64,000 bases of DNA from Perna viridis (lineage: Eukaryota), in contig CM074519.1 of NCBI GenBank assembly GCA_037379345.1, positions 25,756,103-25,820,102 of the forward strand, given 5' to 3'. Each line of letters starts with the position of its first letter. The stretch's first letter is position 1. This document shows positions 52,352 through 64,000 of this stretch, one piece after another. Under the pieces are notes generated by a model that worked only from the letters and a program-made list of their open reading frames with translations, did not search any database and was not told the DNA's origin. The position numbers were made by a program, and so were the translations under genes.

Positions 52352-55300
52352 CTGAAGCAGACAATACATGTAAACATCTATTAACAAACTACATGTACCT
52401 AAAAATTGCAAGGAATTTAAACAGAGTATGTGGTTGTAAAATATATTATGCAATAAGGTTAATGGAAATAGTCTGAAACAATCATAAAAAATCTAATTGT
52501 AAACATGTTTTTATTTTCATGTGCAAGACTATACTTGGTATATATACGAACATTAATTTCCAAAAATAGTTAGGTTTTTTACACCCTAGGACAATCATTG
52601 GCGTATGTGTGAAAATGTGCTATATTTATACCATAGGCACCGACCAATGAAAGGAAATGGAGGATTAAGCTAAGGAAAATATGTTTATCCTCACATATTC
52701 TGTTGTTAGTTTTAACTTTAGGGTTTATGGTACTTATACAATGTTTGTAAATCATTGCTGCTCCTTTGAATTTCATCAACACATTTTGTTCCTGTCCATA
52801 TTTCATCGCAGTACCCACTCTTTAAATAGTTGGTATATTAAAGCTGTCTGGTTGCCCTTTAAATTTGTTTTTTTTTCGTTTTTGTTTCGTTTTGCTACTC
52901 TCACCTTGTTATATCTCATTTAGCAATGTTTTCGAGAATTAAAGTGTAATGTAACATAATTAGACTTATACCAATACGAAAATCAAGAAGTACATTTGCA
53001 TTGTTTTTACATATACTGTGTTAAAACACTCCAGCTAAGAATCATGCAAAATGTGATTCACGGCTGAAAAACCTACATATTTTTATTTTTTGATATTTTG
53101 TTTGAATTGCCATAGTAAACAGAAATTAGCATTTGGTTTTTCATATAAATTTTGTTCTTAGGAGATAAAAAATATACAGAATGCACTGTAGATTTCAAAA
53201 TTAAAGGAGGTACATGTATCTCTGTAAATGACACTCAAATACAATAGAATCCATTGGATCTTCGATCACCTATGTTGATTATCTCCTAAGAGTAGATAGA
53301 TTGGAATGAATAATTACACATTTCATAATATAGACCCATAAAACAACTTAATTACAAAAATAAAAATATGTAGCCTTTTTGGTGTGTATCACATTTTTGA
53401 GATTTTGCATGATTCTTACAAAGACAGCTACTTAAAAAAATACGAAGGTCATTCAAAGTTAATTCCTTGGTTCTCAGACCATAATTCACGAAAATCAGCG
53501 AGATAAGGAGGCACGTCTCTCTCCCTTTTTATTGCCCCAAAAAGGCAATTATCCTTTTTGAACATTCAATCACAGCAAAACCTGCAAATTATAGGTCAAA
53601 AATGGTCTATTTATAGGCCATAAAAATGGACAATAGTGTACCTTCATAAGGAACGAAAACAGGCTGAAAACTAAAAAATCACTTTAGTTGACCTTCCATG
53701 TACATGTATTTACCTTGAGTTTGCTCACTCCCATCTGAGATTCTTCCAGGGCTAGTACAAAATATAGTGTGCAAATCTGGAATATTGCCATGTCCCCATA
53801 GGGTTACTTTATATCCAGAGGAAGGTTGATTCGCTGATGTAAGCATATTGTCTGCAATCCTCAATTCCGTACCTGGAGGTGGGGTTACTACGTAATAAGG
53901 CATTTGTTTAGATTCTCTAGTATTGATATCAAGCAAGGGAAGGTTAGGTCTTCCGTGATGAGGCTGAGTCGTTGAGATTGGGACTATACTGTCCATCATA
54001 TCTTGTGGATAGTGTGTATAAAGTCGGCTGTCAGAAGGCGACGGCTTTGGACCATTTGTGTTTGGCATAGACAAAAGATCGGAATCAGACTTGTATCCAC
54101 TGTCTATAGGTTCGTTAACTACCAGTGAGTTCCGAGAAGATTTATTTGGTACAGAAGCCTAAATAAATGATTGAGTTATCAGACTTGAACAATTATGACG
54201 TGTAAATTAAAAGTCAGATAAAACATGTCCATGACTTGGTGAGAACAGCACACACACACACACACAATTTAACGTGCCAGTCTGGTTAAATACATGCATA
54301 TTCAAGCGTTTTCGTCATGAATAGCATTGAACGTTAATCTACAATCCAAGAACTTTTTCTATAAGTAATCAATTGGAAATATCTGTAATATATACATGCA
54401 TATATTACAAGTATTCCCGAGGACCTATGAAATGAATTATTTAGAAAGTATTAAATACAAAAAAATCATTGTATAATTTTCAAGAGTTGATAAAGTACAT
54501 GTACATAGTATGATATGCCCAAACACATGTATAGATTGACATTGAGGTTACTAACCATTCTATGGAATCCAGATCCAGACTTTCTTTCCAAGTCAATATT
54601 CAAAATCGTAACAGTTGATCGACTTCTTTTATCTTTCATTCGAAGTCGTTTTAACTGGAGTTGTAACGCAGCCACTGATGGTGTTCCTCCTAAAATAAAA
54701 GAAGAAAACATATAGAGTCATGTACACGGATTACTAACATTTTTATTGGTTAGAATACCTCGTTTAATCAAATTTAAAAAGCTTCTGAAATTTAAGTACC
54801 TAAAATTAATTTCTTTCAAGATCAGCGATCGTTCTAAGATGATACATGAACCTATAGCTGTGGACAGCGGTAAACGTTTGTGTCTTTTCCATAGCCACAT
54901 CAGACGTATACATCTAAACTATTATATCTTTGTTATCTTTGTTTTAAACTTTTTCAGAGAATGGCAATAAAGTTATTTGTATACGGCCAGTTTTTTTATG
55001 GGTAGGTAGGGTAAGGTTACTAAGGGGAGACAAATCTAATTTTAATATTGGCATGAGAGGAAGGGGACCCACTTATTATTTTCAATTTTTACTATATGAT
55101 CAACCAACCTCTTCAGGCAGGAGAGAGGGGGTACGCCTATGGATAGTAATTAAAATAAATAACGTGTTCTTTGCTACAACATGTACCTTTTTCTATAGTC
55201 CCGTCAGTATTTGCTTGGAATATAGCATACTGATTGAAATGTTCATCCTCTTCATATGGCTTAGGACAGTGGCACATGCAAACTATTGACCTGTCGGTGA

Positions 55301-57787
55301 CTGACGAGTTTATGTAAGATTCACTCCTTTCTAAACAATGTCCACCATGAATAAGGTACAATTCGTCATCTTTAATTTGGAGTATTTCAGATACAATTTT
55401 GATAACCTCTTCTATATTTTCTTCCGGATCATCAACTTTGATGTGAAGGAATTTTCCTCGGAATATCAATTTACTTCTGTTTGCAACCCCTTTATGAACA
55501 TATAGGCGAAACACTAATCGGTTTTGATTGTAAGAGAGTTCAAAGGAAGCTTTTCTGTCAGTAAATTCTTCAAGCAAGACGTACTCTTCTAGAATAGTTC
55601 CCTTGTACATCAAATCGAACTCTTTTGTTGAAATTTCATATTTAGTTGAAATTTCATTTTTTAATTCTTCTATTGAACAAGTTGGATACTCTTCTATTAT
55701 TGCATTATTTAACCTCTCTATATCACTACTAAGAACGATGGTAACTTTACTGATTCTTCTTACCGTGAAAACAGAGGTTGGATTAAACTGGAATGTAGAT
55801 ATAAGTTGTAAGTTTTCTACTTCTTCGATTTTATTTATGCCATTAGGTGGGAATATCTCAAACGATTGTGGTTTCCAGTGACAGTGTTTTGCAATTTCCT
55901 GTCTGAATTCATTTGTTGAACTGTCATTACGAATAAATACTGTGAAAGGATGCATGTGACCTCTATCATCACCCAGTATGCGCACATGGAGCATCCAAAA
56001 CGTGAAGACTCTTGGTGTTAAGTGTACAAGGAACGCAGGATATGAATGGAATATATTATTGTCTGAAATTAGTTTCCTTTCATTCACCAATAAAGAAATG
56101 ATTGCTTTGTAGTTCTGATCTATCCTTTTGCCATAGTCATCAGTCAATGACAAATCATATATTTCTAAGTCAGACAATTCTGTTATATTTTTCTTTGCCA
56201 ATCTATGATAATTCCAAAGAACTTGACTGAAAGTATCGGTTGACTGATATTCTACGTGATATGTGACTGAGGTTTCGTATGACTGATGATATATGAATTT
56301 AAGTATGTTTGTCTTATATTTGACGACATTGAGGTAGTAAGCGGGAGAGGTAGTAATGTTATAAAAGTTAACTTTCTCTGTTGTTTCACCATCTTCAAAT
56401 TGATGGCAGAGATGGATGAGTTCGCTTGAAAGTTGTCGCTTCATGAATGCAATGTTATCGATGTGAACAGGCTTCGGAAAAATTCTACAATAAAATGGCA
56501 CTTGATTATCTGAGATCGTTGTATTCTGACATACCGGAGACGGAGTATTGGAAAACTCTTTCGAGATGAAAAATGTGACAATGTCGGTCTTCTTATGCGT
56601 CGGCGGTAGCGAAATCACTACGGAATGGATATCTGTGAGAAAACATTCATGAGCAGTCCCAAAAACGTTCAGGAATTGTTCGTGGCTAACGACATTACAA
56701 TACGATTTCAATGACAAAATGAGGTCTCTTTGCACAAGCTCGTGACTTCTATTTCCAGTTCTACGTTTAACTATCTTCCCTGGTGTTATTGAATCGCTTA
56801 TAGTGTCGCAATCAAATACTAAGAATTCGAGAAGCTGTGTGGAATTTGATGAATATGATCCTTCTCTGTAACTAAACTCCTCTGATGTAATTGATTCTGT
56901 TAGGAATAAGAAATAGTATGGTTATAGAATTAAATACTTTTTTCGAGAATTTTTCAATGTGTACAACCGGATCATTAACTAACAAAACAAATAAATGGTC
57001 CGATCTAAAAAAAAAAAAAAAAAAAAAAAAAATGCGATGCTCTCGGATTTTTGAGAGTTGATATTGCTAGTGCTTAAGTTTCATGGGAGACGTCTTCTTT
57101 TCCATATCTTCAGTTTGTTTTGTGTAATAAGTTTCATTCTGCTTGCTACATAGTGATTATTTCCTATATAATTAAATTTGATTTAAAGATTTTAAACGCT
57201 GTACATATACAATGTACTTATCATCCATTTGAATTTTATGAGAAGGGAGGCTTTGGTCGAATTTTCTGTTATACCTTTTTTTATTTTGAGAAAGTTTAGG
57301 CCCGCCTTTTTTCGAATACAAATGTTTTTCAATAAAGTCAATTCAGATTGGCAATGTGGATACTTATGAATACAAATTGATATCATAAACAGTTCAATGA
57401 AAACTGTATTTATACATGTGTGTATATATATATAATACAAACGTCTCAGAATGTGACGACTCTATTCGCTACACTGCTCCATCGGATCAAATTGATACAG
57501 GGAAGATAACGTAAACTTATAGAAGGGTCTGAGAAATTCCCAACGATGTTAGAACTGTCACATTTGCGATGCAAATTTTTGGTCGTTCCCTCCGCGGGAC
57601 TCGAACTCGTACCGCTGTGACATCTATGGCAACACCGCCTGCGTAGTCCTAGACCACTCGACCAGATAGGCTATATAAAAATAACGCTTTCGCATAGACT
57701 TCTAATGAATTACCCAATTCCATAAAATTTCATAGTACATTGTGTTTATACAAAAATGTACACACCAATATCTGCATCAGATGCCAT
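52074..57787 (-). CDS. Tandem ubiquitin-like repeat + C-terminal death domain protein, 862 aa, 5 coding exons
   Basis: Exons 57787-57766 (MASDADI), 56896-55187, 54689-54556, 54158-53714 and 52351-52074. GT-AG introns, phases 1/1/0/1 consistent, 2589 nt. ATG in acaATGg context with an in-frame TGA 9 nt upstream. The last exon has the canonical death-domain pattern. Confidence 0.82.
53021..53435. mobile_element. TTAA-flanked MITE in the last intron of the death-domain gene
   Basis: Perfect 16-bp inverted repeat taagaatcatgcaaaa (53036-53051) / ttttgcatgattctta (53403-53418), with TTAA at both ends. Confidence 0.7.
53714..54158 (-). CDS. Death-domain gene exon 4 (S/P/T-rich linker with DSGYKS)
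   Basis: tttatttag acceptor, gtaaat donor, phase 0-1, open frame of 445 nt. Confidence 0.82.
54556..54689 (-). CDS. Death-domain gene exon 3 (GGTPSVAALQLQLKRLRMKDKRSR...HRM)
   Basis: Strong polypyrimidine acceptor, gttagt donor, phase 1-0. Confidence 0.8.
55187..56896 (-). CDS. Death-domain gene exon 2 (1710 nt; tandem ubiquitin-like domains)
   Basis: Acceptor tttcttattcctaacag; the frame stays open upstream of the listed 532-aa ORF; donor aag|gtacat. Confidence 0.9.
57420..57672 (-). mobile_element. tRNA-derived SINE in intron 1 of the death-domain gene
   Basis: Minus strand has A box tggtcgagtggt and B box gagttcgagtccc, a non-tRNA body and a (TA)n/(CA)n tail; related copy at 21386. Confidence 0.75.
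57766..57787 (-). CDS. Death-domain gene first coding segment (exon 57823-57766)
   Basis: ttcttatag acceptor, ATG GCA TCT GAT GCA GAT ATT G|gtgtgt; phase 1 matches the next exon. Confidence 0.65.
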
Positions 57788-58640
57788 TGTTGTGGTTCAG
57801 TGTCTATGTTCTTCGGTGTAAGACTATAAGAATAACTGCTCTATTTTTTGTCAAGTTGGTCTAAAATAAGACACGATAAAATCAAAAGAATAGATGAAAG
57901 AAATAAATTCTTAATATTTAAGGAATAGACCTGGGGTAAGGGACACAACTCTTACAAATCATTGCCTGGAACGTTTGTATTCAGCATTTGACATCAATCA
58001 AAGTAACTTGGACTGATTTCATTCTGTTTCAAACAAAAGCTTGATATGCTTTAGTGAAATTGAATGCGATACAAACACATCACTTATTTCAAGAGTAATG
58101 TCCCTTACCCTAGGTCGACCTCCTTAATACTGTATGTAGTTTCTTGTAACGAAAAATAAACTAAAGGATATAAAAATATCTAGGCAAATAAAATGTAAAT
58201 TTAATCTACACTGCGTACATGTATATTTTTATCGGTCATCGGGCAAAAGTTAAATACCTTTACTATTTTAATCTCGACTTCAACATAACTAAAATCATAT
58301 ATAATCACCAGATAGTCATGTTTAATGAACCAATTCAGATATTTAACCTCCATACTCCTAAACAACGTTGCATCGTCGTAGTGACATCGTAAAATAGGTT
58401 TTGACCAATGAGGTACGTCATGAGTAACAGCAATACCATAATGCAATAGTTTCTGAATCGGTCCATTACACAAAGTTTAAGTGAAAGTGTGTGTACGAAT
58501 CAAGTGTTTGCAAGAATCAGACCGATCTGACAATGTAATATCACTCAAGGATACTTTCTCAATTTGAAAAGACCACTATTTGATCCCTGCATCACTGGCA
58601 TTACTCAGAAAATTTTCGATAGAATGTTCGAAAACCTTAC

Positions 58641-58999
58641 CTTGAAATCTTCATTTTCATTGCATTTTAATGATATCATATCAATTAGCCAAAATAATAT
58701 GGAAAATTTTGTCTTTTTTTCTTGATTCTGATGGTGCAAATAGTCAAATTACACTATCAAAATGATGAATTTTAAGTCAATTCCAAGAGTTGATCAATCT
58801 AGTCACGCAAGATTCTCGTATATTCTTAATATCATTTGAATCATTTTTGTTGTCCGACTGTCAGAAGTACACAGAATACCGTCATGACGACCTCGTCCTC
58901 CAAAGTTCGGTCATTGTTGCCCTGATGATTCTAAAATACTTAAAAGTTGGAAACGCTACCTCAAATACTAATTTATCTCTTTTGTGGTATGGAACCGTG
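58641..58999 (-). other. Probable 5'-UTR exon of the death-domain gene (a further donor lies at 60056)
   Basis: tatttttacag acceptor and caag|gtaagg donor; upstream gaa|gtaagt donor near 60056 and TATAAA near 60195 on the minus strand. Confidence 0.4.
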
Positions 59000-61900
59000 C
59001 TGTAAAAATAACTGACACTTGATTTAGTTCATACATGTACATGCATGTCACAAGTGTCTATGGACGACGTCGGAGTGCTTTTTTGCCGTATTATGGAGAA
59101 TACGTGTCGATATCGAGTCCTCAAAAAAGGTTGAGTTGAAAAGGAAGTTGAAAAGTTAGCGGATAGATTGTTATAGAAGTAAAATCATACATGTAAGTAT
59201 TGATTTAAATGAAGTTGGTCGGAAATGTGTTAAAACCACTTTGGAAGGCCTTATTTGACATCATGGCACACTTTTAACCTAAAAAAAAAACCCTTTGTAT
59301 CATTAACACATAGATAAGAAAGGGGGATGACGTCGAATGACAAATTTGAATCTTGACCTTACACGACCTAGAATCGGAGGTACATATACGACATATACAT
59401 GTAGCGATATGTACATGTTAACTAATTACTAATCAGTTAATTTGTTAATTAATCATTTTCCATGCTAAGAATTCAAAATTGAAAGTTGGTGTTATGTGTG
59501 TCAAGGGCGTATCCAGAAAGTGATAACGAAAATCTGGATGATATCGATTAAGATATAGTAAAAAGGGGGTTCCAAACTATCTTTTGGTCATTTTGCAAAC
59601 GTTTTGCACAAAATTAACAATTTCCCCCTTTTAATATCACTAGAGCCCCCCCCCCCCTTCCCGGCCACCACTGTATCTCGTTTATCAAAATAAAAGGAAC
59701 ACTTTAATTCGCATTTTTCACTAATATTGAAAAAAACGAAAAAAAATGAAAAGAAAAAAAAAGATTCTTCTTGAGTCACAAGCGATGCGTTACGGATTTA
59801 ACGTTTCACTGGATCCACACGCACACATCTGTCGTCAGTTTATTTAAAAAGAGCTTTGAACTTTGATCGATGAGTCAGTAATTCAAATTTAAAAAAAACT
59901 ACATACAATACATGATAAAGTTATAATATCAGTATTGTTCAGTTCACAAGTATTTAGATTATTGAATACATGTATAGAAACTATTACATATGTAATCTAC
60001 AATACACTGTTATCACATTTTGTAAACAATAATTAAAAGATAACTATCTTACTTACTTCCTTGTTACATCACACTCGTCACGCTGTTTGTTTTACAAATC
60101 TTATACTAATTTTAGAGTCAAAGACGGGACTTATTTAAACGGGAAACAACATTTTTATTTAAAAATTGAGTTATTACATGCAAGTAGCAGTCTTTATAAA
60201 CATCAGACGGGGTGTGATTAACGCATGTCAAAACCCCACAAATTTAACTTTTATTTCTTATTCAGAAGCACATATATACAACATACAGTAACCACTCTTA
60301 GATGTTGCACTTTTGAGACAAAACATGAATAGATTTTGTGCATGAAATTGGCACTTTGCAAGAGGTATTGTTCTTGGTTTGGACATGAGTGTATTTTTTA
60401 ATGCAGATCAAAATACAGAAAGGACTATAATTACGTAAAAATGTATAGCAAATATATATATACAGAAAACGCATCGTTTGTTTTGTGGGTTTCTCTACAA
60501 CATGAATTTCCCCTACTTTTTATATGAACTGGTACTTAACATAATGTCTTTTTAGCATACATTTTCACTTAAGAATCATAAGTGTTAAAACTTCCTGTCT
60601 GTCCCTTCAGCATTCATTTGATGTCGGATTAAAGAAATGTTCCGCATAAGCGCAAACTTTTTATCATAATTCAGCGGTTTTTTATTGAAATCAATATTTT
60701 TATTTATTAATGTGTCTTGTTAGGTGATGGAAAAATGGAAGAGTGATTTTTTTCTCTCCACTATTTAAAACATTTATTTTTTTTTCTCAAAAATATCCAA
60801 GCCCCCCTTTTCCCCTCGCTAATAAAATGGTCAGTGCCAAAGAGTTTATCAGAGCCGAGGTTGGGAAGGTAATGTAACTATTCATATTAAATATAAATAT
60901 TGCATTCTATTGGAAAATATTTCTCGCCATTACTGTTCACTGCACAGATAACAACTGTAGTCAAACATTTTTTTCTAAATTTTCCCAACTATCTTTATTA
61001 CTTTCTTGCATTGTTCTCAAGTTACTAATGTGATACAATGTATACTGAATGCACTTAACCTTTTAGAATGTTTAAACAGCAGTATTAGATCTCTCCCTGC
61101 ACAATTCTCAGATGAACCGTATAGATGTAGTATTTAGCTAGGAACTTTGATATATATTGGCCGAGACGGTATCCCCGTATATTCAGGTATTTCTTCATGG
61201 TATGTATCATAAAAAACAAAAAGGGTTTTGGCCCGACATGTCAGTGCTGCTCCTTCGATCCGAGAGAAAAAATATATAATGTTTAATGTCAAACGAATGA
61301 CTGATAGATCAAGACTTAGTGTCAAATGGTTTGCCTTAAGTACTTCACCATTTTTCTATGTTTGCCTTCTCCATGAATATAGCCGGGATAATTGAGAGGA
61401 TGGACATCCATATAAGGGAGTTGAGAGAAAAACAGAAGTAGTAAAATATATCAAACTAACGTAACGTCCGATCAAAATATGTTCAAATGTGTTGTTTTCA
61501 GAAGAATTATTTGTCAGTGTGGGAAGATACATATCCTAGTGTCTAGTCAATTTGATATCTCAAACCACTGCTAAGGAACGCTGTGGAAGGACGGACTGAC
61601 AACATTTTTATGTTCATTTGGCTTTGCGAAGACTACAAAACGAAGATAATCTTTTGTTTTCAACTTCAAGTTTCAAGTTTCAAGTTATATTAATACTCTC
61701 TGACAGAAATTACACTGTAACAAAAGGCTTATATAGAAGAACAATTTTACATAACTACAACGAATATTGCTTTATGAAAATTATCACAATCATTCTGGAT
61801 AGCATAGCTTATGGCCATAAACCAACAGGGTGTTGCACAATAAATCAGGAAGTAATTATAAGTAATCAGAGGTGAAAATATCATCCTAGTTTCTTTTCTT

Positions 61901-62745
61901 AACTTCATATACTACGCAACGAATTGTTGTGGCCTGTCCGTCAAAGCATGTTGTCTCGATCCTGATAGTGCGTCCATATTTTTTTACCCATTTCTTTCAA
62001 TTTTGTATACAATTACTTCGTAGTAGCTATAGACACTTAGATAGGATTGTCTTTCCATGTCATCCTATAGGGGGAACACTTTTTTTTGAGATATTAGAGT
62101 TGGTTAAAAATATTTTATTTAGGTTGTAACTGGATTATCGCCTTACTTTTGTGACGGATTTCCCCTAAACTTTGAGGTATGGTTAGAAGCAACAGACACT
62201 TGTATAGGTTGGCTTTCACTGTCAGATATCGGTCAATAGAAACGACTTTTTTTCAAGTGTACTGGGACTGAATGCTCCGGAAAATTGTAAAGGTTGATAC
62301 ATTGGGTAATGTTGGCGTACATACGAAAGGTTCTTAAATTCAAGATGGTGCAATGTTGTTGTTTTTTTTTCTCACATGCTTCATTCAAAGTCTGCTTCTT
62401 AATGAGATTGAAATTAGTTAAAATAATTAATTAAAACTCCATGTACAATTTCAAAACAAAGCAATTTCAAGTATAGGTTTTATTACGCTTCCATCATTTG
62501 AACATTCTAATAATAGCTTACGACTGTCATACATGTTTTTCATTTGTTTTGGATGCTTCTCAAGTCTAGTCGACATTTCTGTCGTTATGCTTATGATTGT
62601 TTACTGAAGTAAGATATGGAAATCCGATCAGATCTGTAAAGAAGAACAATGGAGTGACATTTCAATACAAATGTATCAGAAAAAATGATTAGGCTTCATT
62701 TAGATATTTGTAATACACGAGACGTGTCAATGAATTGTAGCGTGA

Positions 62746-62910
62746 AACGCTGTTTTATCCCAAAACCTGTTTAAACTGAAAGCTGTATTATCCAAAAACC
62801 TGTATAAACCAAACGCTGTATTATCCCAAAACCTGTATAAACCGAACGCTGTATTATCCAAAAAACCTGTATAAACAGAACGCTATATTATCCCAAAACC
62901 TTATAAACCA
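62746..62910 (+). repeat. 33-bp tandem repeat, 5 copies
   Basis: Unit aacgctgtattatcc(a/c)aaaacctgtataaacc(g). Confidence 0.9.
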
Positions 62911-63146
62911 GGCACACTTTAATATCAGTTCAAATATATTTTTAACCTTAGTCGACCAAAGACCTAGCAGTTTATGTTGACAAATCAAATGGGTTTAGAC
63001 AGCAACATGCCAAGTTTACATATATGATATAAACAGCTTTGAAAGTATTCAAGTTCGCAAAACAATTCGTATTTTTTATCCTTAAAATAGTACTTTATTA
63101 CTTGTTTTTTTTGACAAATTAAAGAGGAGACTTCAATAGTATTCAC

Positions 63147-63287
63147 CTGCACATAGTCCACAATATTTTCTGCAGTTTCGTTCTCTAAATAACATGAACA
63201 TTTGACTTATACACAGGTTGTCACCATATGCGTCACAGTTACTTATGTAGTTTTCACAAGATGGCACTTGAATAAATGGGGGATATT
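63147..63287 (-). CDS. Internal exon encoding an ShKT (ShK toxin-like) domain; the gene begins beyond the window
   Basis: attttatttacag acceptor, g|gtgaat donor, symmetric phase 1-1, 141 nt. CENYISNCDAYGDNLCISQMFMLFRERNCRKYCGLC has the six-Cys ShKT pattern ending CxxxCxxC. Confidence 0.88.
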
Positions 63288-64000
63288 CTGTAAATAAAAT
63301 TGGATGTATGTACTTCGTGTGGCACCTCACTTGATAAATATCAGCGAGCGAAAGTAAACTGAGCTACTGAAGTACCTCGGACAGGAAAAAAAACAACTTT
63401 ACTTTTTCGACTTTTACGCACATTGAATTCAGAGATTATGAAGTAGGTGGGACGGGGAGCGGTGGGGTGAGATGGTGGGTTGTTGAGGCTGTTCAGGTGG
63501 GACTTCAGAAAAGGGGTTACGTGCTGTTATGTGCTAATTCTTTCAATAATCCAATACGTCTCAGTCCAATATTTCTAGCCGAGGACAAATAACCCAGCCA
63601 ATATGGAAATCCGTACGCAATTACACCTTTGACTAATTACTCCAATACATTAGTCCAATATGGATTTTAATAAGTCCAATATGACGTATTGGACGGCTAA
63701 ATCCCGTATTGGCACACCTTTGTATTTTGTATTGTATTGACAATTTGGATCATATATAGGCTTATATTCGAACTTTAGTCAATAAATATAAAGTTTAGGT
63801 TCTGTTGGCAGATAAAGGGTTGCACGTTGTGAATGATAAAAAAAATTCCGGCGAAAGAAAGGGGTGGGGGAGGGAGAGATATTAAACCTTTTGGCTTACT
63901 TAAAGATGAAAATGAAAATATACTATTTTTTCAGGTTTGATTGTCCATCGGTATGTTCACCCTTTCAGACAAAGGTGGTGAATAACATTTTTAACACCGA

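Noticed and set aside
52352-52377. Alternative acceptor (aatag) for the death-domain exon
   Set aside because: It would be out of phase with the upstream phase-1 donor; the acceptor at 52351 fits.
53780-53880. Possible RHIM/cRHIM amyloid motif upstream of the death domain (TELRIADNM, VTLWGHGN)
   Set aside because: Neither matches the (I/V)Q(I/V/L)G core well enough to call by eye.
57580-57670. Possible tRNA gene
   Set aside because: A and B boxes are present but there is no clean cloverleaf; it continues into a SINE body and tail and has a degenerate copy at 21386.
62147-62332. Possible phase 1-1 exon downstream of the ShKT exon with one in-frame TGA (selenocysteine idea)
   Set aside because: Weak acceptor, no recognisable domain and no SECIS identified.
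62746-62910. 33-bp repeats of CRISPR-repeat length
   Set aside because: Directly tandem with no spacers.

Overview
AT-rich, intron-containing animal genomic DNA. The repeat families (Penelope-like fragments, tRNA-derived SINEs, a GGTCAAGGTCA satellite) suggest a bivalve mollusc; this is an inference. Most entries in the ORF track are spurious, and the real genes only appear after manual splicing. (1) On + at 19768-30366 is a complete 9-exon gene for a 223-aa secreted protein. It has a signal peptide and two 12-Cys Ly6/uPAR (three-finger)-like domains, each with a Gly-Lys-Arg motif in the same loop, and no GPI tail. (2) On - at 57787-52074 is a complete gene with 5 coding exons for an 862-aa protein. 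One 1710-nt exon encodes about five tandem degenerate ubiquitin-like repeats, followed by a disordered linker with a DSGYKS (beta-TrCP-type) degron and a C-terminal death domain. This architecture is the most unusual item in the window. (3) There is an ShKT exon (63147-63287, -) of a gene extending beyond the window, a probable PAN/apple-like exon (9968-10287, -), and a decayed partial duplicate of gene 1 (42270-46640) split by a LINE. The rest is a dense set of decayed LINEs, Penelope-like elements (including a 71-bp foldback and a degenerate hammerhead), SINEs with target-site duplications, MITEs, transposase remnants and tandem repeats. All domain calls are by eye; no searches were run.
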